64,000 nucleotides of DNA from the IMG/VR virus record IMGVR_UViG_3300047508_000265, positions 1 to 64,000 of that record. The stretch is one strand, 5' to 3'. The notes beneath the pieces are model-generated. The model worked only from the letters and a program-made list of their open reading frames with translations. It had not been told where the DNA came from and searched no databases. This DNA is from a virus. Positions 1 to 10,879 of this stretch are shown one piece after another. The position numbers and the translations under genes were made by a program. The number at the start of each line of letters is the position of its first letter. The first letter of the stretch is position 1.

Positions 1-91
1 CGTGGCGAAGGCCGATCGTTGTAGACTCACTGACAAAGCCAGATAGAAGTGCGGACTTGGAATACAATCGGCCTTACATGATGGAGGTGTA

Positions 92-262
92 TTGAAAATA
101 ACAAACGCACAAGCAGAAAACTTAGCATCTGATATAGTTAAAATTGTAGATGAGGATATTTGGGGCCAACTCTTTGAGTTTCCTGAAGAGCCTGATCTTG
201 CAGATGCGCAAATTAACCAAATGATACAAACTATCAAAGCTTGGGGTTCAAAACTAAAATGA
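92..262 (+). CDS. small hypothetical protein (56 aa, TTG start)
   Basis: Translated by hand: GGAGG RBS, TTG start, stop overlaps next ATG (ATGA). Confidence 0.5.
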   Translation: MKITNAQAENLASDIVKIVDEDIWGQLFEFPEEPDLADAQINQMIQTIKAWGSKLK

Positions 263-474
263 CATTCGAAGAATATTGGAACCTCGTCGGCTCTCGACAG
301 CAAGTGGAGTCTCACGAGGAACGAGCACGGAGAGCGTGGGGCGCCGCGATACAATCAACAGCTAGGTTAGTTCCACGAAGTCCTAATGTCGCCTTATGTG
401 GCATGAGCTTTAAGTTACAAAGCAATAGTTCGCCTAGCGAATCTGCTACGGCATCTAAATATGGGCTCACCTAG
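259..474 (+). CDS. hypothetical protein
   Basis: ORF track 241..474; ATG at 259 is coupled to the upstream stop. Confidence 0.5.
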   Translation: MTFEEYWNLVGSRQQVESHEERARRAWGAAIQSTARLVPRSPNVALCGMSFKLQSNSSPSESATASKYGLT

Positions 475-596
475 AAAACGGGCAGCACCGCAGCCGTGGC
501 ACGGCGAAGCCGTATCCAAATGGAATGAGTTCGGCGAGCGATGCAAGAGAGACAAGAAAATGCAGATGAAAGTGAAAGAAATATGGGAGAATAGAC

Positions 597-809
597 TTGA
601 TACAAATAAACGAACTAGACGCACCGCTTTACATTGATGTTTATTGCTACGGCTGTAAGCGTCGTGTGGCTATGTCGAATACTATAGAAAACGACGGAAG
701 ACGATTTTGTTACAGATGTTTTACGGCAGGGGGTAACGATTGTTTAAGAATACTTGGCGATCACGGCAACCGCAATCCTGGCCAAACTTCTCCCGATACC
801 AATCCTTGA
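597..809 (+). CDS. small CxxC...CxxC zinc-finger-like protein
   Basis: CYGC and CYRC pairs; overlaps the convergent gene end. Confidence 0.45.
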   Translation: MIQINELDAPLYIDVYCYGCKRRVAMSNTIENDGRRFCYRCFTAGGNDCLRILGDHGNRNPGQTSPDTNP

Positions 810-1167
810 AGGCATCACCACCAGCAGGGCCAATCGTGCGGGCAATAATGTCGCCCAATCCACGATCTTTTTCTTGCGCAAGCAACCGAAAAGGCAAGAG
901 ATATGCGGGCCAAGGTTCAGGAGGCGCGTCTGAACACAGGCGCCTCTGGTCCTCGGGAGATAGGCGACCGCAGATGGCGTCCTGTATCTCATCCGATATG
1001 GTATTGAAACCCTCCTTGATTACAGGCAACTTCATATTCAGGCGATGCTGCGCAATTTTAACAAGTAAACCGTGGAAGGTCACTCCGCCGTTCATTGGAT
1101 ATCCAGTTTCTGGTTGAGTGTAGCACCATCCAAGGGGCACCATGAGATTTGTATCGTTTAGGCGCAT
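721..1167 (-). CDS. conserved phage protein with C-terminal GLGD...CGC..R...LN motif
   Basis: Motif GLGDIIA...DCGCRDRQVFLN; ATG at 1167 directly follows the HNH stop. Confidence 0.65.
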   Translation of the reverse strand: MRLNDTNLMVPLGWCYTQPETGYPMNGGVTFHGLLVKIAQHRLNMKLPVIKEGFNTISDEIQDAICGRLSPEDQRRLCSDAPPEPWPAYLLPFRLLAQEKDRGLGDIIARTIGPAGGDAFKDWYREKFGQDCGCRDRQVFLNNRYPLP

Positions 1168-1168
1168 A

Positions 1169-1717
1169 TTAAAACCACTTAACTTTTCTGTGTCTAGCTC
1201 GATGGCAATTAGCACACAGTACTTTTACTATTGGAGGGAAATTTTGATTTATTAACCAGCGAAAAAATTGACCGCTTTTGCCTACTTTTTCCCTATTTTG
1301 TTTTCCATCGCCGTTGATATGATCAAGTTCAAGAACCTCAAAACAAGTAACTCCGCAGCCCCGAGCCGTGCAATGTGGATCACCTTTGCAATAATGAGAT
1401 ATGACTATACGTCGTAAACTACGACGATTAGTTCGATTTCTTACTAACGCACAATCAATACAAGAAGTATCATGCTCATAAAAATCTCGTTTAGATTTCT
1501 TTTTCTTGCATCTCCAACAACACATCATTGCTGGTTTATTTTTTCGCCAGCGTTTGTGAATTTCCTTTGAGCGTTCTTTATTGGAATGATACCATTTAAA
1601 GGCTCGGATTCTATCTTCACATTTCTTTTCTTCTGATTTAGGAGAAATAGTACGTTGCAACAGCCAATACATTCTATGAGCAATCACTTCTCTTTGTTTG
1701 TTAGTCATTTCCAACAC
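1169..1717 (-). CDS. HNH homing endonuclease, family B (DHI..G..R...W...FP...LC.NC)
   Basis: LELDHINGDG...FFRWLINQNFP...VLCANCH; Cys pairs; basic N-terminus. Confidence 0.8.
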   Translation of the reverse strand: MLEMTNKQREVIAHRMYWLLQRTISPKSEEKKCEDRIRAFKWYHSNKERSKEIHKRWRKNKPAMMCCWRCKKKKSKRDFYEHDTSCIDCALVRNRTNRRSLRRIVISHYCKGDPHCTARGCGVTCFEVLELDHINGDGKQNREKVGKSGQFFRWLINQNFPPIVKVLCANCHRARHRKVKWF

Positions 1718-1731
1718 CCCATCATTGGAAT

Positions 1732-1759
1732 AATTTATGAAATAAAATAATTATGTCAA
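1732..1759 (-). promoter_or_regulatory. sigma70-like promoter TTGACA-16-TAAATT
   Basis: Consensus -35 in an AT-rich gap upstream of the HNH gene. Confidence 0.45.
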
Positions 1760-1913
1760 CTAAATTAAGTAACTATCTTCCGTGGTCGTTCTGCGTACCG
1801 TGGGGTTTCGTATTAAGTATCCCTGACCCAAACTCCGCAGTCTTAGCAGGACTTGGATTTGCAATACAAACAGCGGGCTTCATAACATATCTAATACGAG
1901 GAAGCATGGCGCG

Positions 1914-4900
1914 TTAGAGTTTACCGCCACCTTTCTTCTTGAAAGGATGCTTCCAATCTTTAAGTGTGACCCGCTTGCCAGGTTTCTCAGGGGGGGCAGG
2001 GTGAACGTGAGTAGCTGCGATGCTAGCCGCTGCGGCAATGCTATCTCCGATAAAAACTTTGGCGAACTTGCTACCCACGCCATGTTCTCGCAGGAGTTCA
2101 AAGTGTTCCTGCGCAGTCTGAGCTATGGGAATAGGCGCCTTGGCTAAAGCATACTCATACCACTTCAATGGTGTCTTGGGCGCCTCTCCAAACTTCGCTT
2201 CCTTGGCATTTTTCCAAGGCAAAGGACGACCAGTGTATGCCTGCTTACCCCTCGCAATCTCCAGCAAATCAGTAAACACAGGATTGACTTTGCCTAAAGC
2301 ATATTGCAATAATTTATCTGCAACATCTGAGCGGTTTTCCGCTGGTACAACTTGAGACACAGTTGTAGCTAAACTAATACGAAGCGGCGACAGGAATGAA
2401 CTAGGCGATATGATTGTCTGACCATGTGCTTTGAATGCAAGCCAATCCGCTTTACTCGGGTCGAGCCAGTTGATCTTGTCTTTCTTATCGCCTGATGCTT
2501 GAATGGCAATTTCGTTGGCGCCAAGTAAAGCAAAATAAGTAGCGGCTCTAAAAGCATTCTGGCGAAGTACCAAACGCCGAAACATTTTCTCTGCCGGTGT
2601 AAGTTCAGTAAAGGCGCCTTTGGCATATAACGCGCCCATACGAGCAGGATTAATAACTACATCTTGCCAGCGGGCAGATTCTAGGCGGGGAGCAAAGAAT
2701 ACTTGGCGCCAATTCGGATGTTCAAATAACCCGCCTAGAAAAGTACTTCTGTCTGTCGTGCCTGTGGAATGGTTCACCAGCGTCATAAGTTCCTGCAGAA
2801 TCTGATCGCCTGCCTTGGAGCCGCTGGCCACTTTTGCTTTCTCGGCATCCGTAAGTCGTGTTTCATACCACTTGTTAGCAATGTCCATGCGCATCGCCTT
2901 TAGCACATCCATGCCTCTGTTACCCGCCCTTGCCAAGCCACCGACATAAGGAACCTTCTCCCACAAACTTTGATACTGTGCAATATCGTCTAGTGTCCCC
3001 ACTTTAACTTTAAGTCCTGCCTTTACAAACTTCCCGTAGTTCTCATCTGCCATAATGTTCTGCAACATTTCTTCATGTGTAGCAGGATCGCCAAATGCCT
3101 TGAACGTTTGTAGTATGTTACGACCTTGGATTCCCCAAGTCGGAGGATAGAAAATCAGGCCGAGACCGTGCGTAAGAGGCGCGTTAACGTGGGCGAGCAC
3201 ACTGAGCGATCGCTGGAAGTTCCAAGCAAAGTCTGCATACTGTCCCAACTTCCCTTGTGCAACATTGTTCATCCACATACGATTGGCGACGAGAATAGCG
3301 CGCTGTTGCGCCTGTGCTCGATACAGGGCATCACTTGCATTTCGAACAGTTTTGTTAGTGTTCAGGGCCTCACGAACTAGTTGAGGACTGATGCCCAATT
3401 CCTTGGACGCCCAATCAAACAACTCCACAGGCTTGATGGGAACCTGCCCCATGATATCCACGGAATTAGTCTTAACCCAATTCCAAATAGCGGCGGCTTC
3501 TCGTGGTGTGAAGTTACCACCTGCTGCTTTCGGCGGATTCGCCTCGAATTTATCAGTGAAATATTTCTGCAGGTCTTTGGTGGAGTCTATAGGTAGCTTG
3601 GCCAGCTTCTTCGCATCTTCTGGCTTTACTCCCTGCGCCACAGCTTGCTTCACTATCTTATCCTCATCTATCGGGGTTTCCTTAGTTCCTAATTCCTTGG
3701 CGATATCCTCACCCATTGTCTTGTATTTATCAGCCACTTCTGTACGAGCCTTTTGCGTTTCATCAACTTGCTTCTGAATTTCAGCGCTTTCCTTCTCGGT
3801 AGGTGTGCGGCCTACGTCTCGAACAAACTTGCCGCGAACATCATAATAATTTCCAGTGTCTACATCATTTGCCCCGATGTGCGCCGCCAACGCTTCGCCC
3901 GCGCCAGTGGAAAAAGGTTTCACTTTGTTCGCCCAATCAAGCTCTGCTTTTACTGCTTTTTGTAGAGCATCCTGATTCTCCTGCGACGGGTCTTTAGCGA
4001 CTTTATCCCGCAAGTCGCTGGTTTCTTTTCCTAGCATAATTGCCTTTGCACGAAAACGGCCAAAGTCTTCGCCAGTAGCGGCAGCGGCACCAGACTCTAC
4101 CCCCTTTAGATCGGCAATACGTTTGTCCAGATCGTAGCCTTCTTCAATATCCTTTATTCCTTGCTCCGTCAGTTCTTTCGCTCTAGTCACTTCTCCTGGC
4201 AGCACGGGTATATCTCGCTCATCCCACATGCGTTGTGAAATACCTGCTCGCCATGCGCTTCGTTGATTTGATTCCACTTTGGCGCCAATGGTTCGATCAT
4301 GAATGTCCTCCACCTGTTTTTCAGTCAGGGAGTTTTCCTTGGCGACTTGCTCCACGGATTTACCGGAGCGAAGTTCTCGGACAATCATTTGATCTTTGTT
4401 TGAAGCTCTTTGCGCTTCCTCTGCCGCGCCTTCTCCCACTCGTTCTTTTTCCACTGGAGTACTGACCAACTTCATCACTGCATCATATGCCCCATCCAGC
4501 AAGGAACCGGGCTTCACTACCTTCCCGTAAAATAGTTCCTTAAACCAGTTGCCCACGGATTGTAGAAAAGTTTTCTTAGGTTCAAGCTTGGGCAAGTTCG
4601 CCAAAGCTTTTCTGAACTCGGCGTTGGCTCCTATTTCTGCTGCAAACTCACGAACGTTTGTTAGCCCATAATGCTCTTGTCCGCTGGAATCTACCGTTCC
4701 CCGTAGCCCTTTCTTCGCTGCCTCAAATGCTCTGTTAATATTTTCATAAGCAGCCTGTTCTGTTGGATTGCGCTTGTAATCCTCATCTAGTTTCAACACG
4801 GTATTATCATGCACTGCTTCATGCAGCAAGGAGCCAGACATTCCTCCCGCTTGTCCTTGAGGGTCGGCGGTATTGATGAAAAGTGTCGCCTTTTCCGGCT

Positions 4901-7900
4901 CATCCACGTTATCAATGCGGTGTCGCATTGCATAATTTTCTTTCGATTTTTCATTATACGGCCTGAACTTTCGGACCACTCGTACTTGAGAAGTGTCTCG
5001 ACCGGAATCAAGATAAGCTTTCGCCAAGGCCCTGTTCTCAGGCGATTCCCTTGGATCATTGGCGATGTAGCGCAGAGCAGTTCCAAAAGGATCGGGCGTA
5101 TCCTTGCGGAGGATGCCCATCGCGTCCAGTATTTCCAAATTCCTTTTTGCTGTTGCCTTAGCTGCTGCACGATCTTCCTTGGTTGGGCGCGCGCCTCGAT
5201 CGTAGTCGCCTTCTTTTCTGGTATCATCATCCTTGTCCAGCACTTCATTAGGCTTCAAGTCCGGATCGTGCTCCTTTAATATGTCCTCAAACATCTTCTC
5301 CTCTTCGAGATGTATCCTTTCGCCTCTTACTCCCAGCGTCTCTGATTCAGGAGGCAAAGTCTCCTCTCCCGGTTTGGGCTGGCGAGCAAGATTTTCAGCA
5401 AGGCCTTGAAGTTTATCTACCTCTGGAAGGCCTTCAGGGCTCTTACGGAAGAATCGAAGCAAGGATTCTTTCTGAGCATCGTAAATAGTTGCGGCATCTA
5501 GACCTCGTTTTTCATTAGCTTGAAATATTTTTCCGCCGGGAGCCAAACCTTTATCCTTCATATACTCCACAACCTTCACGCCTTCTGCTTCTGTTATTGG
5601 CCCGCCTTGTCCAAGCTTCTCCGTTTCTTTCCGATATCCCTTCTTCAACGGAGTCAACTCTCGTGCTGTCTTCCCGCCGGTTTGCGCCTCGGAAGCTTCC
5701 TGCACTTTCGGATTTTCTTTATAAGCTTTCGTCAAGTCGCCGGGATTTTTAACCTCACCAAATTTCGGCAGGTCAACGGAGACAACTTGCTCTCGGCCAT
5801 CAGGTAACGCCTTAGTTTGTATGCGCGGATTAACTTCTGTTCCTTCCGGCACAAACAAATCATTCCCAGCGTTTAGGTGGGCCGCAACTTCTCTAGGCTT
5901 GTTAGTAAATCGAGGGGTAATTTTACCATCGGCGTCCGTTGTCATCGGCAAAGTAAACTTAGGCACCTCAGATTTCTCTGTGGTCTCCTTCGCCCCTTCT
6001 GGCACTGGTTCAGGTGGATAGGCTTTCTCCAATTCCTTGCGCAAAGATTCCTTGGCTACATTGGCGCCTGTTTTACCTACTTCCTTCTGTAGAAAACGAT
6101 TACCTTCCACAGATTCCAAGTCGTGTCCACCAATCGTGCCCTCTTTCAATAACTCGTCTCGTAGTTCCGCGGTCCTAGTCGCAATCTGTTCCGGCGTCTT
6201 TGTTGGTGCTCGTTTGGGCTTTGCTTCCGCAGGTTGTATGCGCTCTTGAATCTCCTTCAACAGGGCCACACGGGTATCGGAAGGCATGGCTGCATCCGAG
6301 ACATGCTTGGCAAGTTCTCGAAGTTGATCTATGCTGGCGCCCTCTGGGATGTCCAGCGTATGTTTTGGCCCCTCAGGAGTTGCTTCTGTGATCAAGCGGG
6401 GCGCAACCTCAGCGGGTTGATTAGCATTTCTAAGTTCACCAGCTTTTCGTTCGGCCACTTGTTCTAAAGTTTCAGGAGGCGCGGGAACCTGCGGCGCGGC
6501 TTCTGAAGCTGGTTTTTCGGCCTCTGCAACAGGGGTCTCAGGCTTCGGCACAGATTCAGGCGTTTCCTTCGCCAGTTCTTCTTGAGGCACTGTTTGCACA
6601 GCTTTCGCTGTTTCAGGAGCAACCTGTGCCAGTTCCTTATTCTTTATGGCGTCTTCGACATTCATGGGCTCCAGTCCTCGCCTAGTCAATTCATCCATTA
6701 CTGCCGCATGAACTTCGGGCGCACGTTCTTTCAGGTCGGCATTTCCGCCTGCTACCTGCAACAGGCGATCAGATAATTCCGGAGTATGTTTTTCAATAAC
6801 TGCATCAGAATGAACTGCATGCTTGGCGGCAATACCGCCCATCGCCAAGTCAACAGCAGTGTTGAGAATGCCTTCTAAAGCTTGGCCAGGAGTCTTGGCA
6901 GTGAACGCATCTTCGAGATGCGGCTTAACCTGCGAAAGCATTTGTTCTCCAAACCCAGCAGAAATTATCTTGCTCATGTTCCCCTCGCTTGGCCCCAAGC
7001 CCATCCACATTCCCGGCGTAAGCAAGGTCATTAACAATCCTTGCGCGGCGTTGAACGATCCCTTGGCGTAAGAAGCGGCGGTAGAATCTGTAGGTCTGTG
7101 TTCATAGAAAAAGTTTTCAGGCTTCATCCCCGCCGCAGTCGCCACTGTCATCGGATTTACAAAGAGTTCGTTCTGAATAAGCGGAAGCAAACCTGTATCG
7201 TTAGGCGTAGCACCAAGAGGATGGTACTCATATCTCGTAGACCCATCTGGATTTTTGCCCCACGGAATCATATTCAAACTCTTTTCCTTTTCCGTTACCC
7301 CGAGAAGAGGAGCGAACTCATGGCGAAAATCCTCGTATGCTTTACCGGCGAATCCCGCAATATCGCCTTTGTAATAATAGTTTCCTAATCCGGGCTCAGC
7401 ACTGATCTGTTCTCCCGCGGGACCTTTGCGTTCTTGCGCATCCTTCAACTGCTTATCTGCTTCAGCTTGCGCCTGTCCTATCTGTGCCTTGTAAAAAGAA
7501 TCCTTGATATCTTTGGGCAAAGGATACACGGCTTCTCGGATCGCTTGCGCATTGGTTTTCCATCCTGCTGTTGACTGCAATGATAGATCAGGGATTTCTG
7601 GCGCAGGAGGAAGTTCCGCAGCAGGAGGCTCACCGGGAACAGGAGGCAGGGGCTGTGGAGAAAACGGCTCTATCGCCTGCACTGCAAGCTTAACGCGAGC
7701 TTGTTCCGGCGTAAGATCGCCTGCTGCTTTGCTTAGTTCGGTTTGTTTATTCGCGGCGAACTTGTTGAAGTCCTCGGATTGATTGCTCCATTCCGGATGC
7801 TGGGATGCCCAATTATAGGCGGCATTGTGCCAGCGATCGAAAATAACTAACTGCTTCTCAGGTGGGGCTTGCTGATAATTATCCAGCGCTTCAACTTCAG

Positions 7901-7973
7901 ACCAACGAGGTGGAACCGCGGGCTGTTGCTGGTCGCCTCCACCATTATCTACTGGAGGGGTTTCATCCGCCAT
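1914..7973 (-). CDS. large internal virion/ejection protein with zincin-like metallopeptidase (MPTase-like) domain
   Basis: 2019 aa at the end of the structural arm; LLHEAVH followed by GLTNVREFAAE, a zincin signature seen in phage polyvalent proteins. Confidence 0.65.
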   Translation of the reverse strand: MADETPPVDNGGGDQQQPAVPPRWSEVEALDNYQQAPPEKQLVIFDRWHNAAYNWASQHPEWSNQSEDFNKFAANKQTELSKAAGDLTPEQARVKLAVQAIEPFSPQPLPPVPGEPPAAELPPAPEIPDLSLQSTAGWKTNAQAIREAVYPLPKDIKDSFYKAQIGQAQAEADKQLKDAQERKGPAGEQISAEPGLGNYYYKGDIAGFAGKAYEDFRHEFAPLLGVTEKEKSLNMIPWGKNPDGSTRYEYHPLGATPNDTGLLPLIQNELFVNPMTVATAAGMKPENFFYEHRPTDSTAASYAKGSFNAAQGLLMTLLTPGMWMGLGPSEGNMSKIISAGFGEQMLSQVKPHLEDAFTAKTPGQALEGILNTAVDLAMGGIAAKHAVHSDAVIEKHTPELSDRLLQVAGGNADLKERAPEVHAAVMDELTRRGLEPMNVEDAIKNKELAQVAPETAKAVQTVPQEELAKETPESVPKPETPVAEAEKPASEAAPQVPAPPETLEQVAERKAGELRNANQPAEVAPRLITEATPEGPKHTLDIPEGASIDQLRELAKHVSDAAMPSDTRVALLKEIQERIQPAEAKPKRAPTKTPEQIATRTAELRDELLKEGTIGGHDLESVEGNRFLQKEVGKTGANVAKESLRKELEKAYPPEPVPEGAKETTEKSEVPKFTLPMTTDADGKITPRFTNKPREVAAHLNAGNDLFVPEGTEVNPRIQTKALPDGREQVVSVDLPKFGEVKNPGDLTKAYKENPKVQEASEAQTGGKTARELTPLKKGYRKETEKLGQGGPITEAEGVKVVEYMKDKGLAPGGKIFQANEKRGLDAATIYDAQKESLLRFFRKSPEGLPEVDKLQGLAENLARQPKPGEETLPPESETLGVRGERIHLEEEKMFEDILKEHDPDLKPNEVLDKDDDTRKEGDYDRGARPTKEDRAAAKATAKRNLEILDAMGILRKDTPDPFGTALRYIANDPRESPENRALAKAYLDSGRDTSQVRVVRKFRPYNEKSKENYAMRHRIDNVDEPEKATLFINTADPQGQAGGMSGSLLHEAVHDNTVLKLDEDYKRNPTEQAAYENINRAFEAAKKGLRGTVDSSGQEHYGLTNVREFAAEIGANAEFRKALANLPKLEPKKTFLQSVGNWFKELFYGKVVKPGSLLDGAYDAVMKLVSTPVEKERVGEGAAEEAQRASNKDQMIVRELRSGKSVEQVAKENSLTEKQVEDIHDRTIGAKVESNQRSAWRAGISQRMWDERDIPVLPGEVTRAKELTEQGIKDIEEGYDLDKRIADLKGVESGAAAATGEDFGRFRAKAIMLGKETSDLRDKVAKDPSQENQDALQKAVKAELDWANKVKPFSTGAGEALAAHIGANDVDTGNYYDVRGKFVRDVGRTPTEKESAEIQKQVDETQKARTEVADKYKTMGEDIAKELGTKETPIDEDKIVKQAVAQGVKPEDAKKLAKLPIDSTKDLQKYFTDKFEANPPKAAGGNFTPREAAAIWNWVKTNSVDIMGQVPIKPVELFDWASKELGISPQLVREALNTNKTVRNASDALYRAQAQQRAILVANRMWMNNVAQGKLGQYADFAWNFQRSLSVLAHVNAPLTHGLGLIFYPPTWGIQGRNILQTFKAFGDPATHEEMLQNIMADENYGKFVKAGLKVKVGTLDDIAQYQSLWEKVPYVGGLARAGNRGMDVLKAMRMDIANKWYETRLTDAEKAKVASGSKAGDQILQELMTLVNHSTGTTDRSTFLGGLFEHPNWRQVFFAPRLESARWQDVVINPARMGALYAKGAFTELTPAEKMFRRLVLRQNAFRAATYFALLGANEIAIQASGDKKDKINWLDPSKADWLAFKAHGQTIISPSSFLSPLRISLATTVSQVVPAENRSDVADKLLQYALGKVNPVFTDLLEIARGKQAYTGRPLPWKNAKEAKFGEAPKTPLKWYEYALAKAPIPIAQTAQEHFELLREHGVGSKFAKVFIGDSIAAAASIAATHVHPAPPEKPGKRVTLKDWKHPFKKKGGGKL

Positions 7974-7977
7974 AAGC

Positions 7978-8916
7978 TTACGTAGTTAAATCTACCGGGT
8001 TAATTACAGCGGGTTTTTGATTGCCTGTAGCCCCCTCTGGTGGGTTACCTGTGGACGGTTGAGGTGTAGCCGCAGGATGCGTAGGAATTGGAGTAGGAGC
8101 TTGCGCGCCTGCCCAATCACTCACCTGTTGTTCCTTAGGAGTAGACGCTGCGGGTGTTTCCGGCACGGAAGTAGAAGCAGAAGTTTGGGCAGGAGGAACA
8201 GCAGGAGGAATAGGTTGCATTTCTTCAGAAGGTTTCGTGCCTGCCATTCGTTTCAAGGCACCATAATAAGCGTCCTTCATCAACTGTGCAGGCAACGCCC
8301 CGTCGCCTCCCGCGCTTATTGCGGCATTTAAACTACCTTCAATTCCTTTATCCTCGTTACCATATTTTGTATTAAGATACTTCATTAACTGGAAATCTTG
8401 TGCAGTAGGAGTCGTCGCCTTTTCCTGTTCTTTATCATAAGCGTCCCGTATTTTGGCGACCTCTGGATTAAGTCTTGCATTAGGAAATGTTTGATCAAGC
8501 CACTGCATTTTGTTATCGTAGTCAGGATCGCCTTTTACAATTAAAGAATGCTTCTGTAAATATCCTGTGGCGTCATTCATTATCCTAGTGTTATTCGTTA
8601 TCTTATCATACTCGGAGGCGATCTGTAGTCCCTTAAGAGCGGCGTCCTGCGACTCTCTAGCTTGCGCTAAAGATTCCTGAGCGGCAGCATGGGTCTTATC
8701 AAAATCAAGTCTTGACTCCTGTAGCCGACGAGTTTGTTCTCCTTGTGCTGCCTCTCGTTGTTCCTTCTGAACCGCCAACTCTCTTGCAGCAACTTCGTTT
8801 GCTTGCTTAGCTTGAGCGATTTTCTTGGCATCCTCATATGTTTGAGAACCGGGACCAGCGTAGACTCCGCCCCCTCTGCGATTAGCGATCATTTGAACGA
8901 CAGGTCTATCAGCCAT
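7978..8916 (-). CDS. putative internal virion (ejection) protein
   Basis: Coiled-coil, Q/A-rich, Pro/Thr-rich tail; lies between adaptor and large internal protein. Confidence 0.5.
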   Translation of the reverse strand: MADRPVVQMIANRRGGGVYAGPGSQTYEDAKKIAQAKQANEVAARELAVQKEQREAAQGEQTRRLQESRLDFDKTHAAAQESLAQARESQDAALKGLQIASEYDKITNNTRIMNDATGYLQKHSLIVKGDPDYDNKMQWLDQTFPNARLNPEVAKIRDAYDKEQEKATTPTAQDFQLMKYLNTKYGNEDKGIEGSLNAAISAGGDGALPAQLMKDAYYGALKRMAGTKPSEEMQPIPPAVPPAQTSASTSVPETPAASTPKEQQVSDWAGAQAPTPIPTHPAATPQPSTGNPPEGATGNQKPAVINPVDLTT

Positions 8917-9944
8917 TATTGTTCCTCCTTTTTCTTTTCTTCCTGCGGCGGAGGTGGCGGAGGGTTAGGGTTTGCTTGCTGTTGCGGAGTCTGACTGGCA
9001 GACATTGCAGCCAAAAGATCAGGCGATCCTTTTATCATATTAAAGGTGTTATCGGGTTTTCCAAAATTAGCCGTGCCCCCACTAGGCAATTGTAAAGTAG
9101 TAGTTTGATTAGGGTTTTGAATCATATTTCCTGAAAAAGCTCCGGGGGCTCTATTATCTGTAAATGACGGGGATTGGCCAAAATTGGCAGGAAGTTTTTC
9201 GGTATTATAATTATTTCCTTCTGTGTAGGACTGACCTACAGTCCTAGCGTAATTGATATAACCTTCGCCGGTGTTCTGATTAGGTCCGCGGATATCGGGT
9301 TGCGAAAGTAGACGTTGATTCTCTGGACTATTATATTGCTGCACGGTTTTAAAGTATCTATCTGCCGCATCAGGCGAAGCCCCAGCATGAGCGCCTGTTT
9401 GTGCTGCGCTCATGACATCATTAGCCGTTACTGCTGTTGGCCCTGTTGCCCCTCTAGCAGCAACTTCTTTTTCCAAAGCCAACTGATTACTAGCGGAAAG
9501 AAATTTAGTAGATGTATCCTGCCACTGTTTCTGGGCTTCAGGGGTGCCCAGCCTATCTGCTACTGTTTTTGCAACATACACATCCTGATATGTGGTTAAC
9601 TGTGCAGGAGGCTGCGCATAATTATTTAGATATTGTGTAGCAGTCTGCTTGGCTGCGTCAGCGGGAGTACTGCCAGTAGCTTGAGGCGGCGGAGTGTAAA
9701 AATCCTTATTGTTATATTTATCCGGAGTGGGGATTGGTTGCTGTGCCGTAGGTTTCTTAGGCTTCTCCTCTGGTTTCTTAGGAGGCGGCTTCATAGAAAA
9801 ATGACTGGGCTGCCCAGGAGCCAGATCGCCACCAGCCGCCGGAACTGGTTGCTGAGCCATCGTCCAACTGAAAGCATTACTCCCTTTGGCACGAGCTACC
9901 GCGGCTCTGTTTTCCAGTTCGTCTGTGTTATCGTATAGTGCCAT
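8916..9944 (-). CDS. putative internal virion protein, low complexity
   Basis: Q/P/A/T-rich 342 aa, tightly packed in the operon. Confidence 0.5.
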   Translation of the reverse strand: MALYDNTDELENRAAVARAKGSNAFSWTMAQQPVPAAGGDLAPGQPSHFSMKPPPKKPEEKPKKPTAQQPIPTPDKYNNKDFYTPPPQATGSTPADAAKQTATQYLNNYAQPPAQLTTYQDVYVAKTVADRLGTPEAQKQWQDTSTKFLSASNQLALEKEVAARGATGPTAVTANDVMSAAQTGAHAGASPDAADRYFKTVQQYNSPENQRLLSQPDIRGPNQNTGEGYINYARTVGQSYTEGNNYNTEKLPANFGQSPSFTDNRAPGAFSGNMIQNPNQTTTLQLPSGGTANFGKPDNTFNMIKGSPDLLAAMSASQTPQQQANPNPPPPPPQEEKKKEEQ

Positions 9945-9949
9945 AAAGG

Positions 9950-10879
9950 TTACATGTGGGAAGTTAAACGTGGAGCGCCGCCCGGATAGAAAAATCTAAT
10001 CATGGGAATTTCATCAGAGCTGTGGCTGTCTTTAAGCTCAGAATTTAAAATAGCTAAGGCGCGAGCGTGATAATTATCGGAAACTGAAATATCGTTCTCA
10101 GCCAAATACTGTAGAGAATCTAGTTCCAGCCCGAGAGCCGTTACATTTGTAATCGGAAGAATGTCCTGATCTGAAGTAGTTTCTATATGGCGCCTCTTTA
10201 CTAAGGCAATAGCATTAGCCTGAGCCACATTTGTTAACGAATCGTCCCGATATCGTCTATAAAAAGTGTCTTCCTCGCCCCCTTCCATAATGGCTAAATT
10301 AGTGACTGTGCTATCGTCAGCTATTTGTTGGACCTTTACTACAAAGGCTGTTTGATCTTTATGCAAGCGCTCGATACGAATAAAGGAGTTGGCGATAGAA
10401 GGAGCAGTGTTTGTTAAAGTAGCTACTAGAGGCATGCCCTCAGAATCGCGGCCATAAACTGTTACAACGTATTCGTCTGCTCCTGTAGGCAAAGAAGTTA
10501 ATGTGCCGCCCAAAGGAAGATCATGAAGAGTTGGCCACCCATCGCCGAGAGATCTCACCGCATCGAGTCCAAAGCCTTGTCGACTTGCGTCTGCTAAACT
10601 TTCTTTTCCTTGGAGAAACTCAAACCAGCCATTTGTTAGTGTGCGCACCCTATAGGTTCCATCACTATTTTTGTCAAGTTTGATTCCTTCTAAAGTTCTG
10701 TAGCCCCTTGGAAGCGTCAAGTCTCCAAATTCGCACAACAAAGCAATTCTATCGGTCCCGCCAAGAAATTTTCCATCGAGTAAAATGCGTTCGATAGCTC
10801 TGTTGATGCGGTCCTCTAAGACATCCTCTGGGGCATGGCTAGCCAGTAATCGTTTTGCTTCTCCTAAAATTAACCGCAT
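9950..10879 (-). CDS. putative head-tail adaptor / tail tubular protein
   Basis: N-terminal 'DRINRAIERIL' helix and C-terminal helical region typical of adaptors; synteny. Confidence 0.5.
   Translation of the reverse strand: MRLILGEAKRLLASHAPEDVLEDRINRAIERILLDGKFLGGTDRIALLCEFGDLTLPRGYRTLEGIKLDKNSDGTYRVRTLTNGWFEFLQGKESLADASRQGFGLDAVRSLGDGWPTLHDLPLGGTLTSLPTGADEYVVTVYGRDSEGMPLVATLTNTAPSIANSFIRIERLHKDQTAFVVKVQQIADDSTVTNLAIMEGGEEDTFYRRYRDDSLTNVAQANAIALVKRRHIETTSDQDILPITNVTALGLELDSLQYLAENDISVSDNYHARALAILNSELKDSHSSDEIPMIRFFYPGGAPRLTSHM

Noticed and set aside
1914-7973. Tape measure protein or virion RNA polymerase
   Set aside because: No TMP-like periodic pattern or flanking tube/chaperone genes, and no DxDGD or T7-type RNAP motifs seen.
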